Positions 30,576-39,840 of a stretch of DNA of 64,000 bases are shown in pieces. Under the pieces are notes generated by a model, which worked only from the letters and a program-made list of their open reading frames with translations, did not search any database and was not told the origin of the DNA. The stretch comes from an uncultured Planctomycetia bacterium (GTDB lineage Bacteria > Omnitrophota > Gorgyraeia > Tantalellales > Tantalellaceae): contig CAZGQR010000005.1 of the NCBI GenBank assembly GCA_964527765.1, positions 2,402 to 66,401 on the forward strand, given 5' to 3'. The position numbers and the translations under genes were made by a program. Positions within the stretch are counted from its first letter, which is position 1, and each line of letters begins with the position of its first letter.

Positions 30576-31301
30576 ATGGTAAATTTACTGTGCGTGATCA
30601 TAGTTCTTCTATTCCTGGCGGTTGTTTATTACCTGCACATGCGGATCTTTTTTGCCGATGAGATAAAAGCGGCCATGGAAAGAGACCCCGCGGCGACAAG
30701 TCACGCTGAGGTCATCTTTACGTATTCCGGACTGCACGCCCTGGTGTTTTATAAGGTGACGCACGCGCTCAGAAAATGGCGCGTTCCGTTCCTGCCGCGG
30801 TTTTTATCCCAGCTGGGCAAATGGATGACCGGGATCGAGATACACCCCGGCGCCACCATAGGTAAGGGACTTTTCATAGATCACGGGATGGGGGTCGTTA
30901 TAGGCGAGACGAGCGTTATCGGCGATAACGTGACGCTGTTCCAGGGCGTGACCCTCGGCGGGACAGGAAAAGAAAAGGGCAAGCGGCATCCGACGCTCGG
31001 GGATAACGTGGTGGCAGGCGCCGGAGCGAAGATACTCGGCAATATCACCGTGGGGAACAACACGCTGATAGGGGCTAATGCGGTGGTTATCCGCGATATC
31101 CCGGACGATTCGACCGTGGTCGGGGTTCCGGGGCGCGTGGCGAAAAAACGCGGGAAACGCCTTCCGGGAGGCGTCAATCTCGATCATACCTCACTGCCGG
31201 ATCCGATCCAGCAGGCCCTGGAAAGATTGCAGCATGAAATAGACCATATCGAAACCGAGATCGGGGAATATCGCGAGAGAAAAGAAGGCGGAACAGGGTG
31301 A
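30576..31301 (+). CDS. cysE: Serine O-acetyltransferase with hydrophobic N-terminal extension
   Basis: [28 protein letters not shown] and [13 protein letters not shown] motifs. Confidence 0.93.
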   Translation: MVNLLCVIIVLLFLAVVYYLHMRIFFADEIKAAMERDPAATSHAEVIFTYSGLHALVFYKVTHALRKWRVPFLPRFLSQLGKWMTGIEIHPGATIGKGLFIDHGMGVVIGETSVIGDNVTLFQGVTLGGTGKEKGKRHPTLGDNVVAGAGAKILGNITVGNNTLIGANAVVIRDIPDDSTVVGVPGRVAKKRGKRLPGGVNLDHTSLPDPIQQALERLQHEIDHIETEIGEYRERKEGGTG

Positions 31302-32782
31302 TAACCCTATACAATACGCTGACAAGGCGGAAAGAGGAATTCAAACCCCTGGAAGAGGGCAAGGTCAGGATGTATGTCTGCGGGCCGACCGTTTATGACG
31401 TGCCCCACATAGGGCATGCCCGCAGCGCTTACAGCTTTGAAATTATCAGGAAATATCTGGAATATACCGGGTTCGATGTCTATTTCGTGAGAAACGTAAC
31501 GGATATTGACGACAAGATCATCAATAAAGCCATCAGCGAGCTCGAGGAGATCGGCGGGACCATATCCGCCAGCCGGCTGAAGGAAAGGGTGAGCGAAGTG
31601 GCGGTGCGCTACCTTGATATCTATCATCATCAGATGGATATACTCGGGATACGTCCTCCCTCGGCCGAACCGAAGGCCACCGAAAATATACCGGAAATGA
31701 TAAAGTTCATAGGGACGCTGGTGGAAAGGGGGTACGGATATGCCGTCGGCGGGAACGTGTATTTCAGCGTGGAAAAATTCGCTGAATACGGAAAACTGTC
31801 CAATCGGAACAAGGACGAGATGCTGCACGGTGTCCGTATCGGGCCCGACGAAAAAAAACGCTATCCTCTTGATTTTGCCTTATGGAAAGAAGCGAAGCCC
31901 GAGGAACCTTTCTGGAAAAGCCCCTGGGGTAACGGACGGCCCGGCTGGCATATAGAATGTTCCGTTATGAGCACGAAACTTCTCGGCGCGCAGTTCGACA
32001 TACACGGCGGAGGCCTTGACCTTATTTTCCCGCACCACGAGAACGAGATAGCCCAGGCGGAAGCGGCAACAGGGAAGCCCTTCGCAAATTACTGGATACA
32101 TAACGGCCTGCTGACCGTGGGCGGCGAAAAGATGGCGAAATCCCTCGGCAATTATATCACGGTTTCCGATTTTCTGGAGAAATACAGGGACCCGGACCTG
32201 TTGAAGATGGCTTTTTTGAACAGCCATTATCGCAGCCCCATGGATTGCGGCGATGAGAAGATGGAGGAGGCCGGGCGGTCCAAAGAGCGTATCATGATCT
32301 TTTTCGATAAGGCGGACAGGATAGCGCGCGAGCATTCGGACCGGGAACAGGAAGACGGGGAGGAGCTTGATGCCGGCGCGGTCGAAAAAGCGCAGGAGAT
32401 CGTAAATACCCTGCATGAGAAATTCAACGAGGTCATGGATGATGATTTTAACACTCCCGTGGCGTTATCCATTATATTTGAAGCTGTCGGGATCGGGAAT
32501 GAATATCTGGCCGATACCGGTATTTCGCTGGCTGAAAAAGCCCACATGACCGGTGCCGTAAAAAACTACATCTTGAGATTCGCTGATGTTCTCGGCCTGA
32601 CGCTGAGTCCCGCCAAACTTGACAAGAAAGAGATCAAGGAGATAGAGCGGTTGATCGCCGAGAGAGAGGACGCCAGGAAGAGAAAAGACTACGCCGCTTC
32701 GGATAAGATACGCCGTGACCTTGCGGGGCGGGGCGTGGTCGTGGAAGATACGCCGGGGGGACCCGTATGGCGCAAAAGCTGA
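31298..32782 (+). CDS. cysS: Cysteine--tRNA ligase
   Basis: [32 protein letters not shown] and KMAKS motifs. Confidence 0.97.
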   Translation: MITLYNTLTRRKEEFKPLEEGKVRMYVCGPTVYDVPHIGHARSAYSFEIIRKYLEYTGFDVYFVRNVTDIDDKIINKAISELEEIGGTISASRLKERVSEVAVRYLDIYHHQMDILGIRPPSAEPKATENIPEMIKFIGTLVERGYGYAVGGNVYFSVEKFAEYGKLSNRNKDEMLHGVRIGPDEKKRYPLDFALWKEAKPEEPFWKSPWGNGRPGWHIECSVMSTKLLGAQFDIHGGGLDLIFPHHENEIAQAEAATGKPFANYWIHNGLLTVGGEKMAKSLGNYITVSDFLEKYRDPDLLKMAFLNSHYRSPMDCGDEKMEEAGRSKERIMIFFDKADRIAREHSDREQEDGEELDAGAVEKAQEIVNTLHEKFNEVMDDDFNTPVALSIIFEAVGIGNEYLADTGISLAEKAHMTGAVKNYILRFADVLGLTLSPAKLDKKEIKEIERLIAEREDARKRKDYAASDKIRRDLAGRGVVVEDTPGGPVWRKS

Positions 32783-33420
32783 AGAGGGGCCTTTTTGTGA
32801 CGTTCGAAGGACCTGAGGGAAGCGGTAAAAGCACGCATTCACAGCGGCTTGCCGGGGAGCTTATGTCCGACGGATACGATGTTGTGCATACCGCGGAGCC
32901 CGGCGGCACTCCGCTCGGGCGCGGGATAAGGGATATGCTTCTCGAGAAGCAAGATGTCCGGCTTGGCAGCCGGGCGGAACTTTTTCTTTTCGAAGCGGAC
33001 AGGGCCCAGCACGTTGAAGAGGCCATCACCCCTGCCCTTGAAGCGCGAAAGATAGTCCTGTGCGACCGTTTCAACACGGCTACGTTCGCTTATCAGGGAT
33101 ACGGGCTGGGGATGGACATGGACTTTGTCGAGAGAATAGATGAGGCGGCTACCGGAGGCCTTCAGCCGGACCTTACGATCCTGATGGATGTGGACGTGGA
33201 GACCGGACTGGCGCGGGCGGGCGCCGAGCATCCGGCTGACAGGATGGAAAAGAGGAACATACGGTTCCATAAAAAGGTCCGTCAGGGATATCTTGATCTC
33301 GCAAAGAGGTCCCCGGACAGGATCAAGGTCGTGAAGGTAAGGGAAAAAATAGACGAAACGTACAGTTTTGTAAAGGAAGAGGTTTATGCTCTTATTGAGC
33401 GATATAAGAGGGCAGAATAA
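32767..33420 (+). CDS. tmk: Thymidylate kinase
   Basis: FEGPEGSGKST, EPGGT, DRAQH and CDRF...AYQG motifs. Confidence 0.95.
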   Translation: MAQKLKRGLFVTFEGPEGSGKSTHSQRLAGELMSDGYDVVHTAEPGGTPLGRGIRDMLLEKQDVRLGSRAELFLFEADRAQHVEEAITPALEARKIVLCDRFNTATFAYQGYGLGMDMDFVERIDEAATGGLQPDLTILMDVDVETGLARAGAEHPADRMEKRNIRFHKKVRQGYLDLAKRSPDRIKVVKVREKIDETYSFVKEEVYALIERYKRAE

Positions 33421-34414
33421 CGCGGTCAGATATCTTACGAAGAGCATCTCCTCGTCCAGGACGGCTTCCAGTTATCTTTTCTCCGGCCCGGAGGGAGTGG
33501 GCCGTGCTTCCGCGGCAAAAGCTTTTGTCATGACGCTCATCTGCCCTAACAGGGTCCGGGCAGATGACGAAGTCCACCGAAGTCAAACAACACAAAATGG
33601 TTTGACGAAGGTGGGGCCATGCGGACGGTGCTCGGCCTGCTGCAGGGTAAATGCCCTCCAGCACCCGGATGTCACCTGGATAAAACCGCAGAATACCGGC
33701 AACATAAGGATCGACGAGATACGCGCGGTCAGGGATACCTTGAACCTGAAGCCTTACGAAGCGCCGGTCAGCGCGTGTGTGATAGAAGACGCTCATATGA
33801 TGACCCAGGAAGCGTCCAACGCGCTTTTAAAGGTCCTTGAGGAACCTCCGGGGAGTTCCCTGCTGATCCTTATAACGAGCAAAAGGGAACTGTTGCTCGA
33901 GACCGTGGTCTCCAGATGCACGGAAGTGAGGTTTCATCCCCTGTCCGTTTCCGATACCAGAAGCATTATCATGGGCAGTCTGAAGGATATCGGGGAAGAA
34001 GACGCGCATTTTCTTTCCTATTTTTCGCAAGGATCCCCCGGCAAGGCCCTGGCGATGATCGACGAGGGCGTCCTGGAACGGAAGAATGATCTTGTCGCCC
34101 TGCTCGATAGCATCGTGAAGGAAAAGGATCCGTCCTGTCTTAATTGGACAAAAGAGAGCAAGGACCTTCTTCTTGAAGACCTGGAGATGCTGATCATGTT
34201 CTTTCGCGATATAGCGCTGGGAAAAGAGGCCCTGGAAGAAAAGGTCCTGGATAAGGATATAATCGATACGGAGATGTACGATTTTTTCAAAAAATACCCG
34301 ATAGAAAAGATATACGATGTAGTAGGGCGTCTTATAAACATGAAACTTGCCCTGGCGGGCAATGTCAACCCGAAACTTATCGCCCAGGCCTTGCCGGGGT
34401 GCTTGAGATATTGA
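33386..34414 (+). CDS. holB: DNA polymerase III delta-prime subunit
   Basis: YLFSGPEGVG, C...CGRCSAC, HPD, ASNALLKVLEEPP and TVVSRC motifs; tmk-holB-yaaT order. Confidence 0.9.
   Translation: MLLLSDIRGQNNAVRYLTKSISSSRTASSYLFSGPEGVGRASAAKAFVMTLICPNRVRADDEVHRSQTTQNGLTKVGPCGRCSACCRVNALQHPDVTWIKPQNTGNIRIDEIRAVRDTLNLKPYEAPVSACVIEDAHMMTQEASNALLKVLEEPPGSSLLILITSKRELLLETVVSRCTEVRFHPLSVSDTRSIIMGSLKDIGEEDAHFLSYFSQGSPGKALAMIDEGVLERKNDLVALLDSIVKEKDPSCLNWTKESKDLLLEDLEMLIMFFRDIALGKEALEEKVLDKDIIDTEMYDFFKKYPIEKIYDVVGRLINMKLALAGNVNPKLIAQALPGCLRY
33574..33614. repeat. REP-like imperfect palindrome inside holB coding sequence
   Basis: CCACC-GAA-GTCAAAC-(11 nt)-GTTTGAC-GAA-GGTGG. Confidence 0.65.
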
Positions 34415-34429
34415 AGGCGGAGATGAACG

Positions 34430-35230
34430 ATGCATGAAGTGGTCCAGGTCCAGTTAAGAACGGCGGGTGAAATAAGGTATTTTCTTACCGGCGGTATGAA
34501 GTTCGACGTGGGGACCAAGGTCATAGTGGAGGCCGACCGCGGCCTTGAGTACGGGGAGATAATATCCCCGATAGAAAAGGTGACCGACATCAGCTTCGGC
34601 GAGAAACCCTTACGCAAGATAATCAGGAAAGCCAATCCCTGGGACGAGAAACAGATCGCCAAAAACAAGGCCAAGACAAAGGACCTGATGAAGGTCTGCG
34701 AGAGGAAGATCCGGGAACATAACCTTCCCATGAAGCTCGTGGATGCCGAGTATTCCTTCGACAGGGCCAAGATCGTTTTTTATTTCACTTCCGAAGCCAG
34801 GGTGGATTTCCGGAACCTGGTAAGGGACCTGGCCAGTATCTTCCGGGTGCGCATAGAACTGAGGCAGATCGGAGTGAGGGACGAGGCGAGGATGCTGGGC
34901 GGCCACGGGCCCTGCGGGAGAAAACTCTGCTGTATGTCTTTTCTGAAAGATTTCGATCCCGTTACGATAAAAATGGCCAAGGTCCAGAATCTTCCGCTCA
35001 ATCCCTCGAAGATATCGGGACTGTGCGGAAGGCTCATGTGCTGCCTCGGGTATGAGTACCTCAGTTACAAGGAAAGTTCGAAAGGATTACCTAAGATCGG
35101 TAAGGAGATCAGGACCGATCACGGCAGGGGAAAGGTCATCGGGGTCAATCCGCTGAAGAGGACCGTTACCGTGGATCTTGGCGAAGGCAAGATCAGGGAC
35201 ATAAAGATAGAGGAGGCGACGACGCATTAA
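34430..35230 (+). CDS. yaaT: PSP1/YaaT (RicT) family protein
   Basis: RVDFRNLVRDLA..RIELRQIGVRDEA, GPCGRKLCC and KISGLCGRLMCCL motifs. Confidence 0.93.
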   Translation: MHEVVQVQLRTAGEIRYFLTGGMKFDVGTKVIVEADRGLEYGEIISPIEKVTDISFGEKPLRKIIRKANPWDEKQIAKNKAKTKDLMKVCERKIREHNLPMKLVDAEYSFDRAKIVFYFTSEARVDFRNLVRDLASIFRVRIELRQIGVRDEARMLGGHGPCGRKLCCMSFLKDFDPVTIKMAKVQNLPLNPSKISGLCGRLMCCLGYEYLSYKESSKGLPKIGKEIRTDHGRGKVIGVNPLKRTVTVDLGEGKIRDIKIEEATTH

Positions 35231-35234
35231 GGTC

Positions 35235-36833
35235 ATGGGTAAATTTTATATCACCACACCCATATATTACGTGAACGCGAGCCCGCACATCGGCCACGCT
35301 TATACGCAGGTCGCCGTTGACGCCATCGCCAGGTATCACAAAATGCTGGGCGAGGATGTTTTTTTCCTTACCGGCACCGATGAGCACGGCGAAAAGATAG
35401 AGGAAGCATGCGTGAAGGCCGGATTCGGCGAGGGGAAGGAAAAAGAGTTTGTTGATACGATAGTCCCCAGGTTCAAGGAAGCCTGGAAAGTGCTGGACAT
35501 AGATTACGACGAATTCATCCGCACGACCGACGAAGAGCACGAAAAGGTCGTCCAGGAATTCCTGAGCAGGATGCATGAAAAAGGCGATATCTATCAGGGG
35601 GAATACGACGGGTGGTTCTGCACCCCGTGCGAGACCTTCTGGACCGATACCCAGGCGGAGGGCGGGATATGCCCCGAGTGCAAGCGCCCCGTGGACAGGA
35701 TAAAGGAAAAGAACTATTTCTTCAGGATGAAGGAGCGCAAGAAATGGCTCATAGACTACATCGATAAGCATCCGGAATTCATAATGCCGGAGTTCAGAAA
35801 GAACGAGGTCCTCGGGTTCCTGAGGGAAGAGCTGAACGATCTCTGCATATCGCGCCCAAAGGAAAGGATGGCCTGGGGGATCGAGATGCCCTTTGATAAG
35901 GACTACGTTGTCTATGTCTGGTTCGAGGCTCTTATAAACTACATTTCAGGGCCCAAGAAACACAAGAGATTCGACAAGTTATGGCCCGCCGATTTCCACG
36001 TGATCGCCAAGGATATACTGAGACATCACGCGGTCTACTGGCCGATAATGCTTAAGAGCATGGACATGCCCCTGCCCAGGACCATCTTTGCCCACGGCTG
36101 GTGGAAGATGGGCCAGGAGAAGATGTCCAAGTCCAAAGGCAATATCGTCGACCCCATAGAACTGAAAGAGAGATACGGGGTCGACCCCATCCGCTATTTT
36201 CTATTGAAAGCCGTGATCTTCGGGAGTGACGGAGTTTTCAGCGAAGATGCCTTTGTCACCATGTATAACAGTGATCTGGCCAACGACCTGGGGAACCTCT
36301 TGAACAGGACGCTTACCATGGTTGAGAAATATTTTGACGGCGTATCTCCTTCGGCTTCCCCGGAGAAAGCGGCTGAAGAACAAAGAACACGGAGCATTAA
36401 TAACATCATTGTTAACGTTGCGAATCTGCTTCCGAAGGTAAAAGAAGAGTACATATGCAACCCGAAGCTTGAATTAAAAGAGGCATTGGAGCATATCATG
36501 ATCGTCGTTGGGAAAGCCAATAAATATATCGAGGAGTCCGCCCCCTGGGAATACTCCAAGAAAGGGGATATGGAATCCATAAAACTTATAATTGCGGATC
36601 TTTTGGAAGTGTTAAGGACCGTTTCCATAGCGCTTTTTCCGTTCATACCGCGGGCAGCCCGCAAGATGTGGGAACAGCTCGGGCTGGGGGATATCGACAA
36701 AGAGCTCGCGAAGGATGAACTTAGAAAAGAGCTGACCGAGTTTACCGAGGAAGAATTTGTGGACTGGAAGAGAAGATTTCCCGCCGGCACGAAGGTCGCC
36801 AAGGGCGAACCGCTGTTCCCGCGGATCCAGTAA
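35235..36833 (+). CDS. metG: Methionine--tRNA ligase (no C-terminal tRNA-binding domain)
   Basis: ITTPIYYVN..PHIGHAY, TGTDEHG, CTPC/CPEC knuckle and KMSKS motifs. Confidence 0.96.
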   Translation: MGKFYITTPIYYVNASPHIGHAYTQVAVDAIARYHKMLGEDVFFLTGTDEHGEKIEEACVKAGFGEGKEKEFVDTIVPRFKEAWKVLDIDYDEFIRTTDEEHEKVVQEFLSRMHEKGDIYQGEYDGWFCTPCETFWTDTQAEGGICPECKRPVDRIKEKNYFFRMKERKKWLIDYIDKHPEFIMPEFRKNEVLGFLREELNDLCISRPKERMAWGIEMPFDKDYVVYVWFEALINYISGPKKHKRFDKLWPADFHVIAKDILRHHAVYWPIMLKSMDMPLPRTIFAHGWWKMGQEKMSKSKGNIVDPIELKERYGVDPIRYFLLKAVIFGSDGVFSEDAFVTMYNSDLANDLGNLLNRTLTMVEKYFDGVSPSASPEKAAEEQRTRSINNIIVNVANLLPKVKEEYICNPKLELKEALEHIMIVVGKANKYIEESAPWEYSKKGDMESIKLIIADLLEVLRTVSIALFPFIPRAARKMWEQLGLGDIDKELAKDELRKELTEFTEEEFVDWKRRFPAGTKVAKGEPLFPRIQ

Positions 36834-36860
36834 AAGTGTGCGCGGTAAAATGAAATAAGC

Positions 36861-37006
36861 GGCAGCCTTGGGGTATTTCTACCAGAAGCTTGTAAACCCT
36901 TAAGAACTTTTTAATGTTGCTCAATAGTTATTTTTGCAAGTTCGGACACGCGGTGTGAAAGTTCGGGTTTTTGTACAAGCTTCTGTGCGAAAACCCCAAA
37001 GCTGCC
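36861..37006. repeat. 146-bp imperfect inverted-repeat element (MITE/REPIN-like or structured RNA)
   Basis: Arms of about 50 bp (36861-36910 and 36958-37006) pair through GGCAGC/GCTGCC, TTGGGGT/ACCCCAA, CAGAAGCTTGTA/TACAAGCTTCTG and GAACTTT/AAAGTTC. Confidence 0.65.
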
Positions 37007-37036
37007 TTTTACATAAACTGCAGGAACTTAATTTTC

Positions 37037-37354
37037 ATGACAAACAAAGAGATTTGCCGCGGTAAAATAAAAAACGCTTCCGGTCTTACAAGATTCCAGA
37101 AAAAGGTGCTGCTCGCGGTGCTGGAGATCCCCCGGGGCGAGGTGCGTTCTTATGCCTGGGTGGCCGATAAGACCGGTTCCCCCGGGGCCTCGCGGGCCGT
37201 AGGGCAGGCTCTGGCGGCTAATCCTTATGCGCCCGAAGTGCCCTGTCACAGGGTCATCTCTTCCGACGGATCGATCGGAGGATACTCAAAAGGACCGGCC
37301 AGGAAGCGGCGATTGCTCCAAAAAGAAGGAGTTGTGATAAGAAAGTGCGACTGA
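37037..37354 (+). CDS. MGMT family O6-alkylguanine alkyltransferase, single domain
   Basis: IPRGEVRSY, ASRAVGQAL..NP and active-site PCHRV motifs. Confidence 0.88.
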   Translation: MTNKEICRGKIKNASGLTRFQKKVLLAVLEIPRGEVRSYAWVADKTGSPGASRAVGQALAANPYAPEVPCHRVISSDGSIGGYSKGPARKRRLLQKEGVVIRKCD

Positions 37355-38721
37355 TAGATACCCATTGCCATCTGGACTTTCCGGATTATAAGGATGACCT
37401 GGGCGATGTCCTGAAAAGGGCCGAGGGTGCCGGAGTGGTGCGGATGATCTCCCCCGGTACGGATGTCGCCAGCAGCGAAAAAGCCGCCGGGATAGCCGCA
37501 AAATACAGTGCCGTGTACGCCGCGGTCGGCGCGCATCCGCACGGTGCGGACAAGGCCGGTGAGCCGGACCTCGCGCGCCTTCGGGGCATGGCCGTCTCGA
37601 ATGATAAGATCGTGGCCATAGGCGAGGTGGGACTGGATTATTATAAGAAATATTCGAAGGTCGAGAACCAGAGATCGCTTTTCCGAAGCTGCCTGGGGAT
37701 CGCAAAAGAGCTTGACCTGCCGGTGATACTGCATAACCGCGACGCCGGGGAGGACCTGCTGCGTATTCTCGAGGAAACAGCGCCCGTTCCGGCAAAAGGC
37801 GCCGTTCATTGCTTTTCGGCGGATGCTGCGGTTCTCCGCGAGGTTTTGACGCTCGGGCTGCATGTTTCGTTCGCGGGCAACATAACGTTCGAGAAGGCCG
37901 CGGGCCTTCGTGACGTGGTGAAGCGGGTGCCGCCGGACCGGCTGCTTCTGGAGACGGACTCGCCGTATATCACGCCGGTGCCGTTCAGGGGTCAAAGGAA
38001 CGAGCCGGCATATGTCCGTTATCTTCTGGATATCTATGCGGCCGCGTACGGACTGTCCCCGGAGGACATAGCAAGGATCACCACGCATAACGCGAACAGG
38101 CTTTTTTGCCTGGGGATAGAAGAAAAGGGCGCGGTAGCGTATCCTATAAGGGATTCGCTGTATCTCAATATCACCAACAGGTGCACGAACAGGTGCACGT
38201 TCTGCACCCGTCAATATTCCAATTACGTAAAAGGACACAACCTTAAACTGGATGCTGAACCCACTGCGCGGGAGATAATAGATGCCATGGGGGATATATC
38301 CGCCTATAAGGAAGTGGTGTTTTGCGGTTACGGTGAACCGACGCTGCGCCTGGGGGCCGTTAAAAAGGTCGCCGCTTACGTGAAACAAAAGGGCGGTAAA
38401 GTAAGGTTGACGACCAACGGGGAAGGTGATCTTATCAACGGACGGTCCATAGCCGCCGAACTGAAGGGTCTCGTTGACAGGGTCTCGATCAGCCTGAACG
38501 CGCCGGACGCGAAGACCTATGACCGTCTCTGCCGGCCGGTTTTCGGAGGGGATGCGTATGGCGCGGTACTGGACTTTGCCCGCGAGTGCGGGGATAAAGG
38601 CATGGAAATGGAAATAACGTGCCTGGATATCGTCGGGGAGGAGGGTGTCCGGGGGTGCCGCCGGATAGCGGAAAAAGCGGGCGCAAAATTCCGGTTAAGG
38701 CACATGGATGTGGTCGGATAA
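37345..38721 (+). CDS. TatD family nuclease fused to TatD-associated radical SAM domain
   Basis: N-terminal IDTHCHL, IGEVGLD, HCF, LLETD; C-terminal LYLNITNRCTNRCTFC (CxxxCxxC) and VFCGYGEP. Confidence 0.92.
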   Translation: MRLIDTHCHLDFPDYKDDLGDVLKRAEGAGVVRMISPGTDVASSEKAAGIAAKYSAVYAAVGAHPHGADKAGEPDLARLRGMAVSNDKIVAIGEVGLDYYKKYSKVENQRSLFRSCLGIAKELDLPVILHNRDAGEDLLRILEETAPVPAKGAVHCFSADAAVLREVLTLGLHVSFAGNITFEKAAGLRDVVKRVPPDRLLLETDSPYITPVPFRGQRNEPAYVRYLLDIYAAAYGLSPEDIARITTHNANRLFCLGIEEKGAVAYPIRDSLYLNITNRCTNRCTFCTRQYSNYVKGHNLKLDAEPTAREIIDAMGDISAYKEVVFCGYGEPTLRLGAVKKVAAYVKQKGGKVRLTTNGEGDLINGRSIAAELKGLVDRVSISLNAPDAKTYDRLCRPVFGGDAYGAVLDFARECGDKGMEMEITCLDIVGEEGVRGCRRIAEKAGAKFRLRHMDVVG

Positions 38722-38737
38722 ACGGTGAAACGGTCTA

Positions 38738-39823
38738 ATGGGAAAACTTTTTGACGTTATACGAGAAAACAAGCTTTATACGGTCCTTTTTGTCTTTATC
38801 CTCCTGATAAATGCTCTGATCTTTGCGGACTGGATGGCCGAAAGGTCGGCGAGGAGCCGGGAGGCGGTAATCCGGGAAAAGGCGGAAGAAGGACCGGCCG
38901 AGCCGGAGAAGAAGCTCTTCGACGAGAAGGATATAAAGGCGAGACAGGAAAAGCTGGAAAGCCTTGCCGTTGAGAAGCCTCTATTGTACCTGTTCCTGGG
39001 GCTCCTTAACATGCTGATACTTTTCGTGATATTTGTGGGCCTGCTCCTGGACGCGTATTTTCTTGCGCGCTGGCTGCGGAAAAAACCGCTCAGGATACGG
39101 CTTGTGCGGCCGGAAAGCCCCCGCTGGGATATCGCCGATGTCGTGCGCGTGTCGCTGATATTCATGTCTTTCGGATACATATTCGTTATCCTGCAGGCTT
39201 TCGTGGCGGAGTTCTTCCCCATCCTTTATAACGAGAATTTCCGCATGGTCTTTAATACGGCCGCGATAAACGTGGTGGGCATCAGCGTTATACTGTATTT
39301 TGTCGTCGGGAAATACGGACAGACCGCGGATGCGCTGGGCCTTACTTCCAGAGAATTCCGGAGCGGCGTTTTTTACGCCGTCGTCGGGTATATAGCGCTG
39401 ATCCCGGTCTTTCTGGCGATAATGACGGCGACCGTTTTCGTGACGAAACTGGTAAAATACCGCCCCCCCGTGCAGCCTATCGTGCAGGTCTTCATGGAGG
39501 AAAAGCAAACGGGGATCCTCTGGCTTTCCGCGCTTTTCGCGGCCGTTTTCGGCCCGATCGCGGAAGAGATCTTTTTCAGGGGGTTCATGTACAGGGCCAT
39601 CAGGGGAAGATTCGGCATGCTCTCCGGCATGCTGGTCACTTCCGCGGTATTCGCTTTTCTGCATACGCATATCGTGGGTTTTTTGCCTATAATGGCGCTT
39701 GGCCTTTTGCTGGCATATCTTTATGAAAAGACGGGGTCGCTTGTCGCCCCGATATCCGTGCATATCATGCATAATGTCGGAATGGTAATACTGGTATTTC
39801 TTGTGAGGTATATCGGGGCATAA
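38738..39823 (+). CDS. CPBP/CAAX (Abi) family intramembrane metalloprotease
   Basis: Polytopic; EEIFFRG, FAFLH and H..HN motifs. Confidence 0.88.
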   Translation: MGKLFDVIRENKLYTVLFVFILLINALIFADWMAERSARSREAVIREKAEEGPAEPEKKLFDEKDIKARQEKLESLAVEKPLLYLFLGLLNMLILFVIFVGLLLDAYFLARWLRKKPLRIRLVRPESPRWDIADVVRVSLIFMSFGYIFVILQAFVAEFFPILYNENFRMVFNTAAINVVGISVILYFVVGKYGQTADALGLTSREFRSGVFYAVVGYIALIPVFLAIMTATVFVTKLVKYRPPVQPIVQVFMEEKQTGILWLSALFAAVFGPIAEEIFFRGFMYRAIRGRFGMLSGMLVTSAVFAFLHTHIVGFLPIMALGLLLAYLYEKTGSLVAPISVHIMHNVGMVILVFLVRYIGA

Positions 39824-39840
39824 AACCGGGGGGCGGGAAC

